This document shows positions 15,656 through 26,017 of a stretch of DNA of 64,000 nt, one piece after another; the stretch's first letter is position 1, and each line of letters opens with the position of its first letter. Under the pieces are notes generated by a model. That model saw nothing but the letters and a program-made list of their open reading frames with translations. It did no database searches and was not told the DNA's origin. The translations under genes and the position numbers were made by a program. Location: IMG/VR virus record IMGVR_UViG_3300006793_000013; one strand, given 5' to 3'. Origin of the DNA: a virus.

Positions 15656-17431
15656 CTATTCCACAATTTCAACATCATTACTATAAGATGTAAAACCGTT
15701 TTCTTTGATTACTTTTAGTACGTGATTAACACGACTTGTTAAATCATCTCTATGACTGATTAAGAACACATTTTTCTGTCTTTCTCTAGTCATTTTCTTA
15801 AGGATACCAATACTAGATTCTACTCCAGCACTATCCATACCACTATCTACAAGCTCATCTATGAATAATAAGTTAATGCTGTGATATAAACTTTCCCATA
15901 CATCACGGAATGCCCAACTCATAGATAAAATAAGTCTGTTACGTTCACCTCTACTTAAATTGTCAAAGTCTAAATCTTGTCCTAGCTGTGTAATTACAAC
16001 GCTAAGGTCATTTTGAAACTCAACAATATGCGGCAAACCAATTTTTGCCAAGTAATATGTAATACGCTGATTTAGATATGCAAGATTTTGCTCAATAATT
16101 TTCTTACGAACAAAACTGTCTTTGTTTGTTAACAGTTTGTACAAAAAGTCCTGATGATCTTTTACTTTTGTTAATTCATTAAGTAGATCAAAACTTACTT
16201 CCTGTATTGCAGTATCTTTTAATTCTGTAATTTGCTCGCTATAAGGATTAATATCATCTTTCTTTGCTTGTAAATCTTTTTCTAATCCTTCAACTGTGCT
16301 TCTATGTTGCAATGCTTGTTCAAGTGTGTCATATTGTGTAGGTGGACAACCTTCTAGCTCACCAATGTCTGCAATAACAGTTTGATGTTCTTCTAGTTGT
16401 GTACTATTAGCAAGAATTTGCTCAGCCGCTTCTTGCTTTTGTTCTTCTTTAGCACCGAGAATTTCTTCTTGCTTTTTATCATGTAATTCTTGTCCACAAG
16501 TATGACACTTGTGTTCTTTAAGCAATACAATTTCATTATCTAATTTTTCAATTAGTTTTTCTTGTTTAGAATCATCAGCTTCAATGTTAGCAATCCAACG
16601 TTTTGCTTCTGCAATCGCTGACTGCTTTTTATTAAAATCGTCTAAACATTTGTGTGCTTCAATTTCTGCATCAATATCAATTTCTTGTAAAATTTTAATA
16701 CTTGACTCAAGTTCGTCAATTGCAGATACCTTTTGATCTTCCCACATACGCTGTTTGCGTTCTAACGATTCGATGTTTTGTTGAATTTTTTCGTTAGATA
16801 TTTTAACAGTTTCAATTCTTGTATTCTCAGAGCTCATCTTGTCTCTGTTAATTTTCATTTCTTCTTTAAGACACTCAGCTTTTTCAGATAACAATGTAAT
16901 ACCTAGCAACTGTTCAATAATTGCCCGCTGATCATTATTTTTTAATGCAAGGAAAGGTTCAGTGTATGTGTTTAGTGCAATGAGATGCTTAAACATATCA
17001 TGCGACATACCAAATAGTTCTTCAATTACTTTTTGTGTTTCTCTACTATCGCCTTGACTTTCATCAGAATCTTCTTCAAAGTCTTTACCGTTAATAGTAA
17101 ACTTTGTAATATTAGGCTTTCTACCACGCTCAATCTTATAGTCAACTCCATCTTTTTCAAAGTTGATTGTAACAAGCATTCCTTTGCCGTTGATCTTATT
17201 AATAAGATTATCACGCTTAATGTTTGTTAATGCATTACCATAGATTGCGTAACTAAGTGCGTTGACGATAGTAGTTTTACCAGTGCCGTTTCTAGAACCG
17301 CTATCGTCACCACCTAGGTCTAGGTTCTCACCTAGTACAAGCGTTAATTCACCTTTGTCAAAATTAATTGCTTGAGTCTGGTTGCCCACACTCATAAAAT
17401 TCTTTACTGTTAGGTCTTTAATTTTTATCAT
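15656..17431 (-). CDS. gp46: Recombination ATPase (gp46/SbcC/Rad50)
   Basis: Walker A NGTGKTT, CHTC zinc hook, LSRGE signature, IDE Walker B, ISH. Confidence 0.96.
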   Translation of the reverse strand: MIKIKDLTVKNFMSVGNQTQAINFDKGELTLVLGENLDLGGDDSGSRNGTGKTTIVNALSYAIYGNALTNIKRDNLINKINGKGMLVTINFEKDGVDYKIERGRKPNITKFTINGKDFEEDSDESQGDSRETQKVIEELFGMSHDMFKHLIALNTYTEPFLALKNNDQRAIIEQLLGITLLSEKAECLKEEMKINRDKMSSENTRIETVKISNEKIQQNIESLERKQRMWEDQKVSAIDELESSIKILQEIDIDAEIEAHKCLDDFNKKQSAIAEAKRWIANIEADDSKQEKLIEKLDNEIVLLKEHKCHTCGQELHDKKQEEILGAKEEQKQEAAEQILANSTQLEEHQTVIADIGELEGCPPTQYDTLEQALQHRSTVEGLEKDLQAKKDDINPYSEQITELKDTAIQEVSFDLLNELTKVKDHQDFLYKLLTNKDSFVRKKIIEQNLAYLNQRITYYLAKIGLPHIVEFQNDLSVVITQLGQDLDFDNLSRGERNRLILSMSWAFRDVWESLYHSINLLFIDELVDSGMDSAGVESSIGILKKMTRERQKNVFLISHRDDLTSRVNHVLKVIKENGFTSYSNDVEIVE

Positions 17432-18450
17432 TGATTACGTCCAAGGTCCCTATATATCTCTACCAGCATACGTTTGTCAACAGTATCACTATCAATTGCT
17501 TCGATTTGATTCATAACAATAGTGTCAACACTTTCAAACGTAAGATCAATAGGATCAACGTTTGATTCTACTTCTACCTTTTCTGGTATAAGACTTAGTT
17601 CTCTAAGTTTGTATTGTGGAATAAAAGTTTCTCTAATAAAGTTTGCTTCTTCAAAACTAATAGGCACATCAATTGTAACTCGACAGTGCATATTTTCACC
17701 TAAGTTAGAATCCGGATCTTCAAGAAGCTGACTTAATTTGTATGTTCTAAACACAGGTTGCTTTGGCCATGTTTTATATTCAGGAGTTCCTCCCCAATCT
17801 AAAAACATCATGCCACGTTCATCATCCCATGCATCTGCATAGTTGTGTGGAAATGCATTACCGATGTATGTTACATTACCTTTAGTTTGTCTTTTATGAA
17901 AGTGTCCGCTAAACACATATTCTTGATTTACAAAATGATCTGCCTGAAGTGTTCCATGGTCAGGCATCTGTACCATAGCATTCATATAAAACAGAGGAAG
18001 TTCAAAGTGTCCAAATACATACCTACTTTTAATTTTAGGCACCATCTTCCATTCTTCACCTACTAACCAAGGAAGTAATGTTACTTCGCCTTCTGTAAAA
18101 ATATCTGTAATAGGAATGATGTTTGGAAACAATCGCATAAACTCAATAGAGTTAATTTCACGTTTGTCTTTGTAAAATAAATCATGGTTACCTACCATGA
18201 AGTAAGTCTTCTCGAATGTTTCGTTAATTCTTTCTAAATTAGAAACTGTGTAGTTCATTGTGCTAACATCTGTAGTAGCACGATTATGATGCCAGTCTCC
18301 TAAAAATATGCAAGTTTCTGCACCAGCGGCTTTTGCTTCATCACAAAACCACTTTACGAATTCCTCGCAGTCCATGTTATGCGTTCTGCTGCCACCTTTC
18401 ATACCAAAGTGTATATCAGTGAAGCAGGCTGCTTTCTTAAATAACGGCAT
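17428..18450 (-). CDS. gp47: Recombination nuclease (gp47/SbcD/Mre11)
   Basis: DIHFG, GDWHH, GNHD and GHFH metallophosphoesterase motifs. Confidence 0.96.
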   Translation of the reverse strand: MPLFKKAACFTDIHFGMKGGSRTHNMDCEEFVKWFCDEAKAAGAETCIFLGDWHHNRATTDVSTMNYTVSNLERINETFEKTYFMVGNHDLFYKDKREINSIEFMRLFPNIIPITDIFTEGEVTLLPWLVGEEWKMVPKIKSRYVFGHFELPLFYMNAMVQMPDHGTLQADHFVNQEYVFSGHFHKRQTKGNVTYIGNAFPHNYADAWDDERGMMFLDWGGTPEYKTWPKQPVFRTYKLSQLLEDPDSNLGENMHCRVTIDVPISFEEANFIRETFIPQYKLRELSLIPEKVEVESNVDPIDLTFESVDTIVMNQIEAIDSDTVDKRMLVEIYRDLGRNQ

Positions 18451-18491
18451 TTTTACTCCTTATGTTATTGTAACTAACTTTAAGCAGTTTG

Positions 18492-19337
18492 TCAAGTCTT
18501 TTTCTTTGCTTTGGAATCTTTATGTTTGTTAGGGTGTGCATCAGCATTTTGTCTAGTCCAACTAGGATTCATGCCGTTCATCTCTAAAATATCATCTCTG
18601 ATATTTTGGTTGCGTTTTTCAATATTAATAATACGAACAAAACTATTTGTTACAGCCGCAGTGTAATAAGCAAATGGGTTATTACTTTTTGACTCGTCAA
18701 ATTGTAAACCTATCTGTGCTAATTGCAAAATTGCCTGACCTTTCATTTCGTCGTTATATGTATATCCTCTAACATTACCTCTTGTTGCGTACCTATCACA
18801 CAATTTCATAAACATTCTTGCAAGGTCGTTAGTCATCTGTCCACACTTCTTATCGAAGTATCCGTTTTCCATACCACCAACCCAATGGCTTTTGCCTACA
18901 CAAATCAAATTTCCTTTGTCATCAAACTTCCAATGCTGGAAAGGAGGAAAGTTTACTTTTTCGTGCTTGTCTGCAACAGTCTTAATTGTTTTCTTGCGAC
19001 CAGGTTCTTCTGGAACATGATCAAATGTCATAATTCTAAAAATTAAATCTTCTTTTTGCATTTTACGGTAGTCTATATCAAACCCTTTTGCAGGCATCTT
19101 TTTACCTGCGGCTTCAACTGCTTCAGCATGTGCAAGTTTAGATAGTCTAGCAGCACGGTTGCGTTTTGCTTCTGCTACGGTTCTAATGTTAATTTTTTCT
19201 AATGATGGCAGTATAATATCGTACTGTGCATAGCTATCGTCAGTAAAAGAACAGAAAGTAGACTTACTGCGGTGTATTTCCGCTAATAAATCCTTATTTG
19301 TTAGATATTTTATCTTTTTTGGTTGCCCAATTGTCAT
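18492..19337 (-). CDS. gp55: Late-transcription sigma factor (gp55 family)
   Basis: YLTNKDLL N-terminus and YTYNDEM...FDESKSNNPFAYYT...NSF.R.I..EK core. Confidence 0.9.
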   Translation of the reverse strand: MTIGQPKKIKYLTNKDLLAEIHRSKSTFCSFTDDSYAQYDIILPSLEKINIRTVAEAKRNRAARLSKLAHAEAVEAAGKKMPAKGFDIDYRKMQKEDLIFRIMTFDHVPEEPGRKKTIKTVADKHEKVNFPPFQHWKFDDKGNLICVGKSHWVGGMENGYFDKKCGQMTNDLARMFMKLCDRYATRGNVRGYTYNDEMKGQAILQLAQIGLQFDESKSNNPFAYYTAAVTNSFVRIINIEKRNQNIRDDILEMNGMNPSWTRQNADAHPNKHKDSKAKKKT

Positions 19338-19365
19338 ACGTAATTTCTCCGGTTATATAAGTAAT

Positions 19366-19376
19366 ATAATAGCACA
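19366..19376 (-). promoter_or_regulatory. Extended -10 promoter for the gp55-gp47-gp46 operon
   Basis: Minus strand TGTGCTATTAT ~30 nt upstream of ATG 19337; no clear -35. Confidence 0.45.
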
Positions 19377-19388
19377 TTATTACAGAAA

Positions 19389-19394
19389 TAAATA
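19389..19394 (+). promoter_or_regulatory. Late promoter TAAATA for the baseplate operon
   Basis: TAAATA 27 nt upstream of ATG 19422. Confidence 0.65.
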
Positions 19395-19421
19395 GTATTA
19401 TTAAAAGGAAATTTTACCAAA

Positions 19422-20588
19422 ATGAGTTTACCAAAAATAGCACCTTTAGCCGTACTTGTAGCTGGCGTTGCGGTCGCCGTTGACCAGCAACAGAAGAACC
19501 AAGCCAATCTCAAACAGGTTTCGGACCAAGCCAAAGCCGATTTGGACAAGTTAACTAGCGACCTAGGCGGTGATATTGGCTCAGCATTAAACCAAGCGTC
19601 AGGCGATTTAAACAGTGCCTTGGCGGCAGCAGATGCTGCATTTAATGTTGACGGTGTAGTTGGTGCTGCTGGTGCTCCGTTATCTACAATAACATCTAAA
19701 GTTGGTAGTGGTTCATTAAGTAATATAGCTGATAATGTTGGAACAGCATTTGGTGCTGCACAAGATGGACTTAATGCAGTAGCCGGAACCACAGCTGAAA
19801 TATCATCTGCAATATCTAAATTAGGTATTGGAGGCAACTTAGCATCTGGTTTCCAAGACTTTGCATCAAATGTTGGCAAAGCAGCTGGTGTTTTAAATAA
19901 TTTATTAAGTCTCAAAAGAGGCGTAAATCTCCCTGCTGGTGGCGAACTTTTCGAATTCGAAGAAGGCGCCGGTGTTAAACTAGATCCTCAGAATCCAAAT
20001 GATTGGCGGGTAAAAATTAATGCTAACTTTGCACACTTTGGTGCAAATCCGTTATTTAAAATTCTAGAACAGACTGGTGGAGTAGTTTTTCCATACTTGC
20101 CAGAAATAACATTTTCAACAACCGCAAACTATACACAAATAGATCCTGTACATAATAATTATCCCTTCCAGGCTTACAAGAACTCACAAGTGGACGAGAT
20201 ATCGATTTCAGGAGACTTTACAGCAGAGTCAAGTAAAGATGCTGCGTACTGGATTGCAGCAACAACATTCTTTAAAGCATCAACAAAAATGTTCTTTGGA
20301 ACAGGTAACCTAGCAGGTAATCCACCTATCATATGTAGACTGTATGGATATGGTGCAAACGTCTTTGAAGGAGTTCCGGTTGTAGTTAAAAACTTCTCAG
20401 TTACACTACCTACTGATGTTGACTATATTAGATGTACAGAAGCAACTCAAGGTCCTAAACCAACTTGGGTACCAAGAAAAAGTAACATTACTGTTTCAGT
20501 ACAGCCGATCTACAACAGAGAAAGTTTACGCAAGTTTTCATTGGAGCAATATGCTAAAGGCTCAATGGGCGGAGGAGGATTTTTATAA
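19422..20588 (+). CDS. Tail tube initiator/baseplate protein (gp48/gp54-like) with long N-terminal extension
   Basis: C-terminal VFPYLPEI...ISISGDF...GNPPII.RLYGYG...PVVV..FSV.LP pattern of tube-like proteins. Confidence 0.6.
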   Translation: MSLPKIAPLAVLVAGVAVAVDQQQKNQANLKQVSDQAKADLDKLTSDLGGDIGSALNQASGDLNSALAAADAAFNVDGVVGAAGAPLSTITSKVGSGSLSNIADNVGTAFGAAQDGLNAVAGTTAEISSAISKLGIGGNLASGFQDFASNVGKAAGVLNNLLSLKRGVNLPAGGELFEFEEGAGVKLDPQNPNDWRVKINANFAHFGANPLFKILEQTGGVVFPYLPEITFSTTANYTQIDPVHNNYPFQAYKNSQVDEISISGDFTAESSKDAAYWIAATTFFKASTKMFFGTGNLAGNPPIICRLYGYGANVFEGVPVVVKNFSVTLPTDVDYIRCTEATQGPKPTWVPRKSNITVSVQPIYNRESLRKFSLEQYAKGSMGGGGFL

Positions 20589-20887
20589 TGGCCATATACA
20601 AAAACAATTCTCCATATAGAGATACACCTCAAAATTCTTTGTATTTAGAATTAATGAATATTAGAGCTGTACCAGCATCAGCAAGTGATGTATTATATAC
20701 AATCGAACCACACTATAATAATAGACCCGATTTGTTAGCATTTGATTTATACGAAGATCCAAAACTTTGGTGGGTGTTTGTACAAAGAAACATGGATACA
20801 ATCAAAGATCCTATATACGATTTCAAAGCAGGAAATTCAATTTACATTCCTAAACTATCAAATCTAAAAAAGTTCTTAGGAATATAG
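20588..20887 (+). CDS. Baseplate wedge protein (gp53/LysM-like)
   Basis: RPDLLAFDLYEDPKLWWVF...N...DPIYDF..G..IYIP motif. Confidence 0.75.
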   Translation: MAIYKNNSPYRDTPQNSLYLELMNIRAVPASASDVLYTIEPHYNNRPDLLAFDLYEDPKLWWVFVQRNMDTIKDPIYDFKAGNSIYIPKLSNLKKFLGI

Positions 20888-20888
20888 C

Positions 20889-23765
20889 ATGAGTGCGTTT
20901 AATAGACCTCCAAGCATACCAGATAATAAGTTAAAGCCTTTCAAAGGAACTTTGAGGTCTGGTGAAAAAATTAGAAACATAAACGGAAAAAGTTTTGTTG
21001 TTCCAGCAGAAATAAAAAAGCCGGACGGCTCACCAACGATTAATGCATCTAATACTTTTCAAGCATCAAATATTCCTGTAGGAAGTGCAGAACTAAGAGA
21101 GAAAATAAAAGTTTTCAGTCTTGATGCTCAGTTAGAAACAATAGAACTTGCAGAAAACGCAATAGCACAAGTAATAAATGACAAAACAAAAACAGTTGAT
21201 GCTGCAATTTCTAATGTAGATGATTTTGCTGATAAGAAAAATGATGCACCAGTAGGACCAGGAACACCAAGTCCTAGAAGAGATTCAGAAACACCAAATC
21301 TAATTCAAAATCCGTTAGAAAAATTTTCAACAGTTAGTTCGTTATGGACGATGGCTGTGCTAACACCAATGCAGTATAATGATCCAAGTTCATATAGGAC
21401 AGGAGATCTAGGATTTGCAGGACAAGATTTTGAAGGTGGTGGTATAACAGTTAAATCCGGAATTGTTTTTTCTGCCGCAGGGCGTGGCGACAAATATAGA
21501 ACAAAAATTCAAGGTGGCAAATCACCTGAATATTTTGTTGACAACTTTAAAATGACTACAGTAATGTCAGCAACAAAAAACACAGGTAATACAAATGCAA
21601 TTAACTTTGACTTTGATATATTTGAACCATACAGCATGGGATTGTTATTAGAGTCGTTGCAAGTTTCTGCACTTAAAGCAGGGTATCCTAACTACTTAGA
21701 TGCTCCGTTTGTATTGCGTTTAGACTTTGTAGGATTTAGTGCAGATGGTACAGAAGAAAAAACCATAGGTACCCAAGGGCTGAATCCAAAATACTTTGTA
21801 ATGAAATTAAAGAGAGTTACCTTTGATACAAACGAATCAGGAACTACGTACAAGGTTCAAGCGTTTCCTTACAACCATTCTGCTTACTTGGACACAGTTA
21901 ATATGCTGTTCAATGACATTTCAATTACTGCTCCGGAAAAAGGTACAGTTGAAGAAATGTTAAAAACAGGACCTAAGAGCTTAGAGAAAGTACTTAACGA
22001 TAATGAAAAATTGTTAGTAGAATCAGGAGCATATTCAATTCCAGATGTTTACATCATTGATTTTCCTGAGAAATCGACAGACTTTATAACAGGTGCTAGA
22101 AAAACATCTGACACATTTACTGACGGAGATCCCGGAGCAATAGTTGACGCAGACACTCCACCGCCGGAAAGTTCTAAGGCATTTGGAAAAAATGCTGCTG
22201 CTCCTTCTCAAATAACCAAGACGTCTTTTGAATCTAACCACATAGGAAAATCAACGTTTGGTTTTGATTCAACATCAGGTGGTAACTTTAACTGGGAAAG
22301 TTCTTCAATGTATAGAGCAGGAGATTCTAAGTACAATGAAGAAACAGGTCGTATTGATCGTTATAAAATGCAATTAGATCCTAAACAGCGTGAATTTTTC
22401 TTTACACAGAAACAGCCCTTAACTGATGTTATTACACAGACTATATTAAGTTCAAGATATGCAAAAGACGCTATTAGCGGAACTCCTGATAACCATAACC
22501 TTACACCAGAAGGATATATTAAGTGGTTTAAAATTGATGTTCAAGTAGCGTTCTTAGATTACGATCCACAGATAGGAGACTTTGCTAAACAATATACATT
22601 TAGAATTGTTCCATATTTTGTGCATCACAGTATTTTTAAAGCGCCTGGCGAAGGAGTTGACACAGCAGCATTACAAAAAACAATTGCTAAAAGATACGAC
22701 TACATATATTCAGGACAAAACGTTGACGTACTTAAATTTGATATCAAGATTAATAATTTATTCTTTGCAGGTTCTCGACCAACCCCTGAAGCTAATACTT
22801 CAAGTGAATTTAACAAAAATATTAACGGTACAGGTACTAACAAAACATTAACTACAAACACTCCAGAAGGTACAGCAGAAGCAAAAGCACCTAACCTAGG
22901 TAAGAAAAAACTAAAACGTGATGTATCTATATTACACGAAAGTCAGAAAGGTGGTAGCGGATTCAAAGATGTTGAACAATTAGTTGCTGAAAATTTCCAG
23001 AAAGCATTTGTTGACAACAGCGCAGGTGACTTGATTACAATTGATTTAGATATACTCGGCGATACGTACTGGATGGTTGAAAGCGGCCAAGGAAATCACA
23101 TAGACGGAGCAGCACCACGTTCGCAGACAACTGATGGCGGAGAAGCTAATTACACAGGAGGCGAAATTTATATCTTTATTAGTTTTAGAACTCCGATTGA
23201 TACAAATACTGACACTGGACTTTACGAATTTGCAAATGAAAATCCAAGTCCTTTTAGCGGAATTTATAAAGTATTGAAATGTGATAGTGAATTTAAAGGC
23301 GGGCAGTTTACACAAAAACTTAGATGTATTAGAATGTCAGGTCAACCAATTGATTACGGTGGTAAAATTCCAGATGGTTCTAAAGAAGGATTCCAAACAG
23401 AAATTGGTTCCGCACAAAAAGAAAAAACAGAAGTTGGAGAAACTCCTCCACCAGTAAAAGTTGATAGGACAATAACAATCGAAGAAGTAGAAAAAGCAGG
23501 AGAGCAATTTGCTAATAATTTCCTTGCTAACTTTGGCTTGAGTGTAGATGGTATAGAAAAATGGGCCGCAAAATTACCTAAAGGTGATGGCGAGTTTAAA
23601 TCTAAGCCTAAGAAACCTGTCTTAAAAGAATACAGAAGACAAGCCAACGGTTCGTTAGTTAACTTTAATATTGACAGAAAACAACCATTTGAAGAAAGCA
23701 AAGATAGAGAAGGAAACACTATTAGAGTTTATGATCCTAAACTACTTGACGGAGTTAAAACTTAA
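20889..23765 (+). CDS. Baseplate hub protein (gp27-like), 958 aa
   Basis: Position between gp53-like and gp5; C-terminal ILGD...F..P....SG.YKV....SEF.GG.FTQ.L pattern. Confidence 0.55.
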   Translation: MSAFNRPPSIPDNKLKPFKGTLRSGEKIRNINGKSFVVPAEIKKPDGSPTINASNTFQASNIPVGSAELREKIKVFSLDAQLETIELAENAIAQVINDKTKTVDAAISNVDDFADKKNDAPVGPGTPSPRRDSETPNLIQNPLEKFSTVSSLWTMAVLTPMQYNDPSSYRTGDLGFAGQDFEGGGITVKSGIVFSAAGRGDKYRTKIQGGKSPEYFVDNFKMTTVMSATKNTGNTNAINFDFDIFEPYSMGLLLESLQVSALKAGYPNYLDAPFVLRLDFVGFSADGTEEKTIGTQGLNPKYFVMKLKRVTFDTNESGTTYKVQAFPYNHSAYLDTVNMLFNDISITAPEKGTVEEMLKTGPKSLEKVLNDNEKLLVESGAYSIPDVYIIDFPEKSTDFITGARKTSDTFTDGDPGAIVDADTPPPESSKAFGKNAAAPSQITKTSFESNHIGKSTFGFDSTSGGNFNWESSSMYRAGDSKYNEETGRIDRYKMQLDPKQREFFFTQKQPLTDVITQTILSSRYAKDAISGTPDNHNLTPEGYIKWFKIDVQVAFLDYDPQIGDFAKQYTFRIVPYFVHHSIFKAPGEGVDTAALQKTIAKRYDYIYSGQNVDVLKFDIKINNLFFAGSRPTPEANTSSEFNKNINGTGTNKTLTTNTPEGTAEAKAPNLGKKKLKRDVSILHESQKGGSGFKDVEQLVAENFQKAFVDNSAGDLITIDLDILGDTYWMVESGQGNHIDGAAPRSQTTDGGEANYTGGEIYIFISFRTPIDTNTDTGLYEFANENPSPFSGIYKVLKCDSEFKGGQFTQKLRCIRMSGQPIDYGGKIPDGSKEGFQTEIGSAQKEKTEVGETPPPVKVDRTITIEEVEKAGEQFANNFLANFGLSVDGIEKWAAKLPKGDGEFKSKPKKPVLKEYRRQANGSLVNFNIDRKQPFEESKDREGNTIRVYDPKLLDGVKT

Positions 23766-25546
23766 TGCCAGTTGAAAAGAGAACCAGATATAATACTCAG
23801 GCAGGAGCATTAGGCTCGGGTGCTTATCTTGCTACAGTAATTGATGTACTTGATCCTACATTCAATGGTAGACTAAAAGTTTCGCTACTCAGAGAATCTG
23901 GTAACGCAGGTAACGTTGACGGACAAACATATCTTGTAAATTATGCATCTCCATTCTTCGGACACACACCATACGAAGCATTAGGAATGAACCAAGACGA
24001 CTTTAAAGATACACAACAAAGTTATGGTATGTGGGCAGTTCCACCAGATGTTGGTGTAACTGTTATGGTAATGTTCATAGAAGGTAATCCATCATCGGGT
24101 TATTGGTTTGCTTGTGTTCCTCCAAGGTTTGCTAATCATATGGTTCCTGCAATAGGTGCAGCAGATACAGATCCAACAGGTGCTAGGGGTGAAGATCAAA
24201 CAAGCAATAGAGCGTCATTGGCTGCATTATCAGAAGATGACAAGAAAAAATTCAATACAAAAATGCCTTTGCCAGTTGGAGAAATTAACAAACGATTTAA
24301 TGGTCAAGGAGATCAAGAAATTGACGCTGAAAAGATTCCAAAGCCTGTACATCCTATAACAGATAGATTCTTCCTTCAAGGATTATTAGAAGATGATGCA
24401 AGAGGGGTTACTACTACAACTAGTAGGCGTAACAATCCTAATGCAGTATTTGGTATTAGTACTCCTGGACCTTTAGACTACGGTCCAAACGGTAAACGTA
24501 TGAGACGTGGTACAAAAGAAAATCTAAGTGTTGAGATTCCTGTTACAAGATTAGGTGGAACACAGTTTGTTATGGACGATGGTGATGATCGCTATATTAG
24601 AAAAACTTCTCCGCAAGAAGGTCCAGTAGAATATGTTGAAGCGTCAGATGCAAATACTAGTGCAGGATTACTTGACTTACCATATAACGAATACACAAGA
24701 CTTAGAACAAGAACAGGACATCAACTTCTTTTACATAATTCAGAAGATTTAATTTACATAGGTAATTCAAAAGGAACTTCGTGGGTTGAGTTAACATCTA
24801 ATGGTAAAGTAGATGTGTTTGCAAACGACAGTGTAAGTGTTCACTCAATGAATGATATTAATATTAAAGCAGATAGAGATATCAACATGGAAGCCGGTCG
24901 TAATGTAAACATTAAAGCAACTGCTGAATATCAAGCACCTGACAGTTTACATCAAGATGCAAAAATTGAAGATGCTCTTAAACAAGAAAATGGTAGAGTA
25001 CAAATAGAAAGTGCATTTAATACTAATATACTAATTGGCGCCAACGGAAAAATTGAAACAAGAATGTATACAAATGCAGAAGATCTTCCTCTTGCTGGAG
25101 ATTTAGATATTTCAGTTGCTGGCAACCACAGACACTTTGTTGGCGGAACTACAGATATTCAAACAATTGGTGACAGATCAGATACACAAGCAAATTGGGA
25201 CATACTTACAGGTGGTTACAATTACTTAACATCAGGCGCCAATACAGAAGTTGCATCAGGTGGAGACATTATTATGTCAGCAAGTCCTAACATACACTTT
25301 AACGGTCCAGCTGCAACAGGAGCAGCACAAGCTGACACAGCACTAACAATTACAGATTTAATTAAATACGATAACCCATTAGTAAACCCATTAAAAGACT
25401 GGGCTACTACGAAATGGCAAGACGGAACAATAACATCTATCATGAGGCGTATTCCTATGCACGAGCCGTGGTTACTGCATGAAAACCAAGCACCTCAGTT
25501 TGTTACAGCACTAGCAACAGATAGAGAGGAGAAACAAGATGGCTAA
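23765..25546 (+). CDS. gp5: Central spike/hub protein (gp5/VgrG-like), no lysozyme domain seen
   Basis: DP...GRLKV OB-fold start, PPDVG..V.V.F, RTRTGHQL and beta-helix repeats. Confidence 0.75.
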   Translation: MPVEKRTRYNTQAGALGSGAYLATVIDVLDPTFNGRLKVSLLRESGNAGNVDGQTYLVNYASPFFGHTPYEALGMNQDDFKDTQQSYGMWAVPPDVGVTVMVMFIEGNPSSGYWFACVPPRFANHMVPAIGAADTDPTGARGEDQTSNRASLAALSEDDKKKFNTKMPLPVGEINKRFNGQGDQEIDAEKIPKPVHPITDRFFLQGLLEDDARGVTTTTSRRNNPNAVFGISTPGPLDYGPNGKRMRRGTKENLSVEIPVTRLGGTQFVMDDGDDRYIRKTSPQEGPVEYVEASDANTSAGLLDLPYNEYTRLRTRTGHQLLLHNSEDLIYIGNSKGTSWVELTSNGKVDVFANDSVSVHSMNDINIKADRDINMEAGRNVNIKATAEYQAPDSLHQDAKIEDALKQENGRVQIESAFNTNILIGANGKIETRMYTNAEDLPLAGDLDISVAGNHRHFVGGTTDIQTIGDRSDTQANWDILTGGYNYLTSGANTEVASGGDIIMSASPNIHFNGPAATGAAQADTALTITDLIKYDNPLVNPLKDWATTKWQDGTITSIMRRIPMHEPWLLHENQAPQFVTALATDREEKQDG

Positions 25547-25976
25547 GTTATACAATCAGAAAACAGTAGCAGTCGATCAAGCATCAATAGGAGCATCAGG
25601 CGCAACAACTTATGCTTACAAAGGATTTAGTTCAGCGAATTCAGTTGATAACTTCAAGCTCTATGACATAGATTTAGTTAAGCAGGATATTATCAATCAT
25701 TTTTACATTAGAAAAGGCGAAAAATTAGAAAATCCAAACTTTGGAACAATTATCTGGGATATGATCTTTGAGCAATTTACACCGCAAGTTAAAGAAATGA
25801 TTGCTAAAGATGTACAGGATATTATTAATTACGACCCAAGAATACAAGTTAATGCTGTAGGAATTGACAGCACTGAGCAGGGAATTAGAATCGAAGCCGA
25901 TGTAACATACATACCGTTCAATGTTAAGGAGAGAATGAAGTTTAATTTTGATAGAGATAACTCCGTTATAAACTGA
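25539..25976 (+). CDS. gp25: Baseplate wedge subunit gp25
   Basis: RKGEKLENPNFG...FE...I..DPR motifs. Confidence 0.9.
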   Translation: MAKLYNQKTVAVDQASIGASGATTYAYKGFSSANSVDNFKLYDIDLVKQDIINHFYIRKGEKLENPNFGTIIWDMIFEQFTPQVKEMIAKDVQDIINYDPRIQVNAVGIDSTEQGIRIEADVTYIPFNVKERMKFNFDRDNSVIN

Positions 25977-25994
25977 GCATATTATAAACATTGG

Positions 25995-26000
25995 TAAATA
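25995..26000 (+). promoter_or_regulatory. Late promoter TAAATA
   Basis: 17 nt upstream of ATG 26018. Confidence 0.6.
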
Positions 26001-26017
26001 CAGCATAGGAACTAATA

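Noticed and set aside
19334-19915. 193-aa minus-strand ORF and the many other short antisense or alternate-frame ORFs
   Set aside because: Nested within well-supported genes, no RBS, composition mirrors the sense strand.
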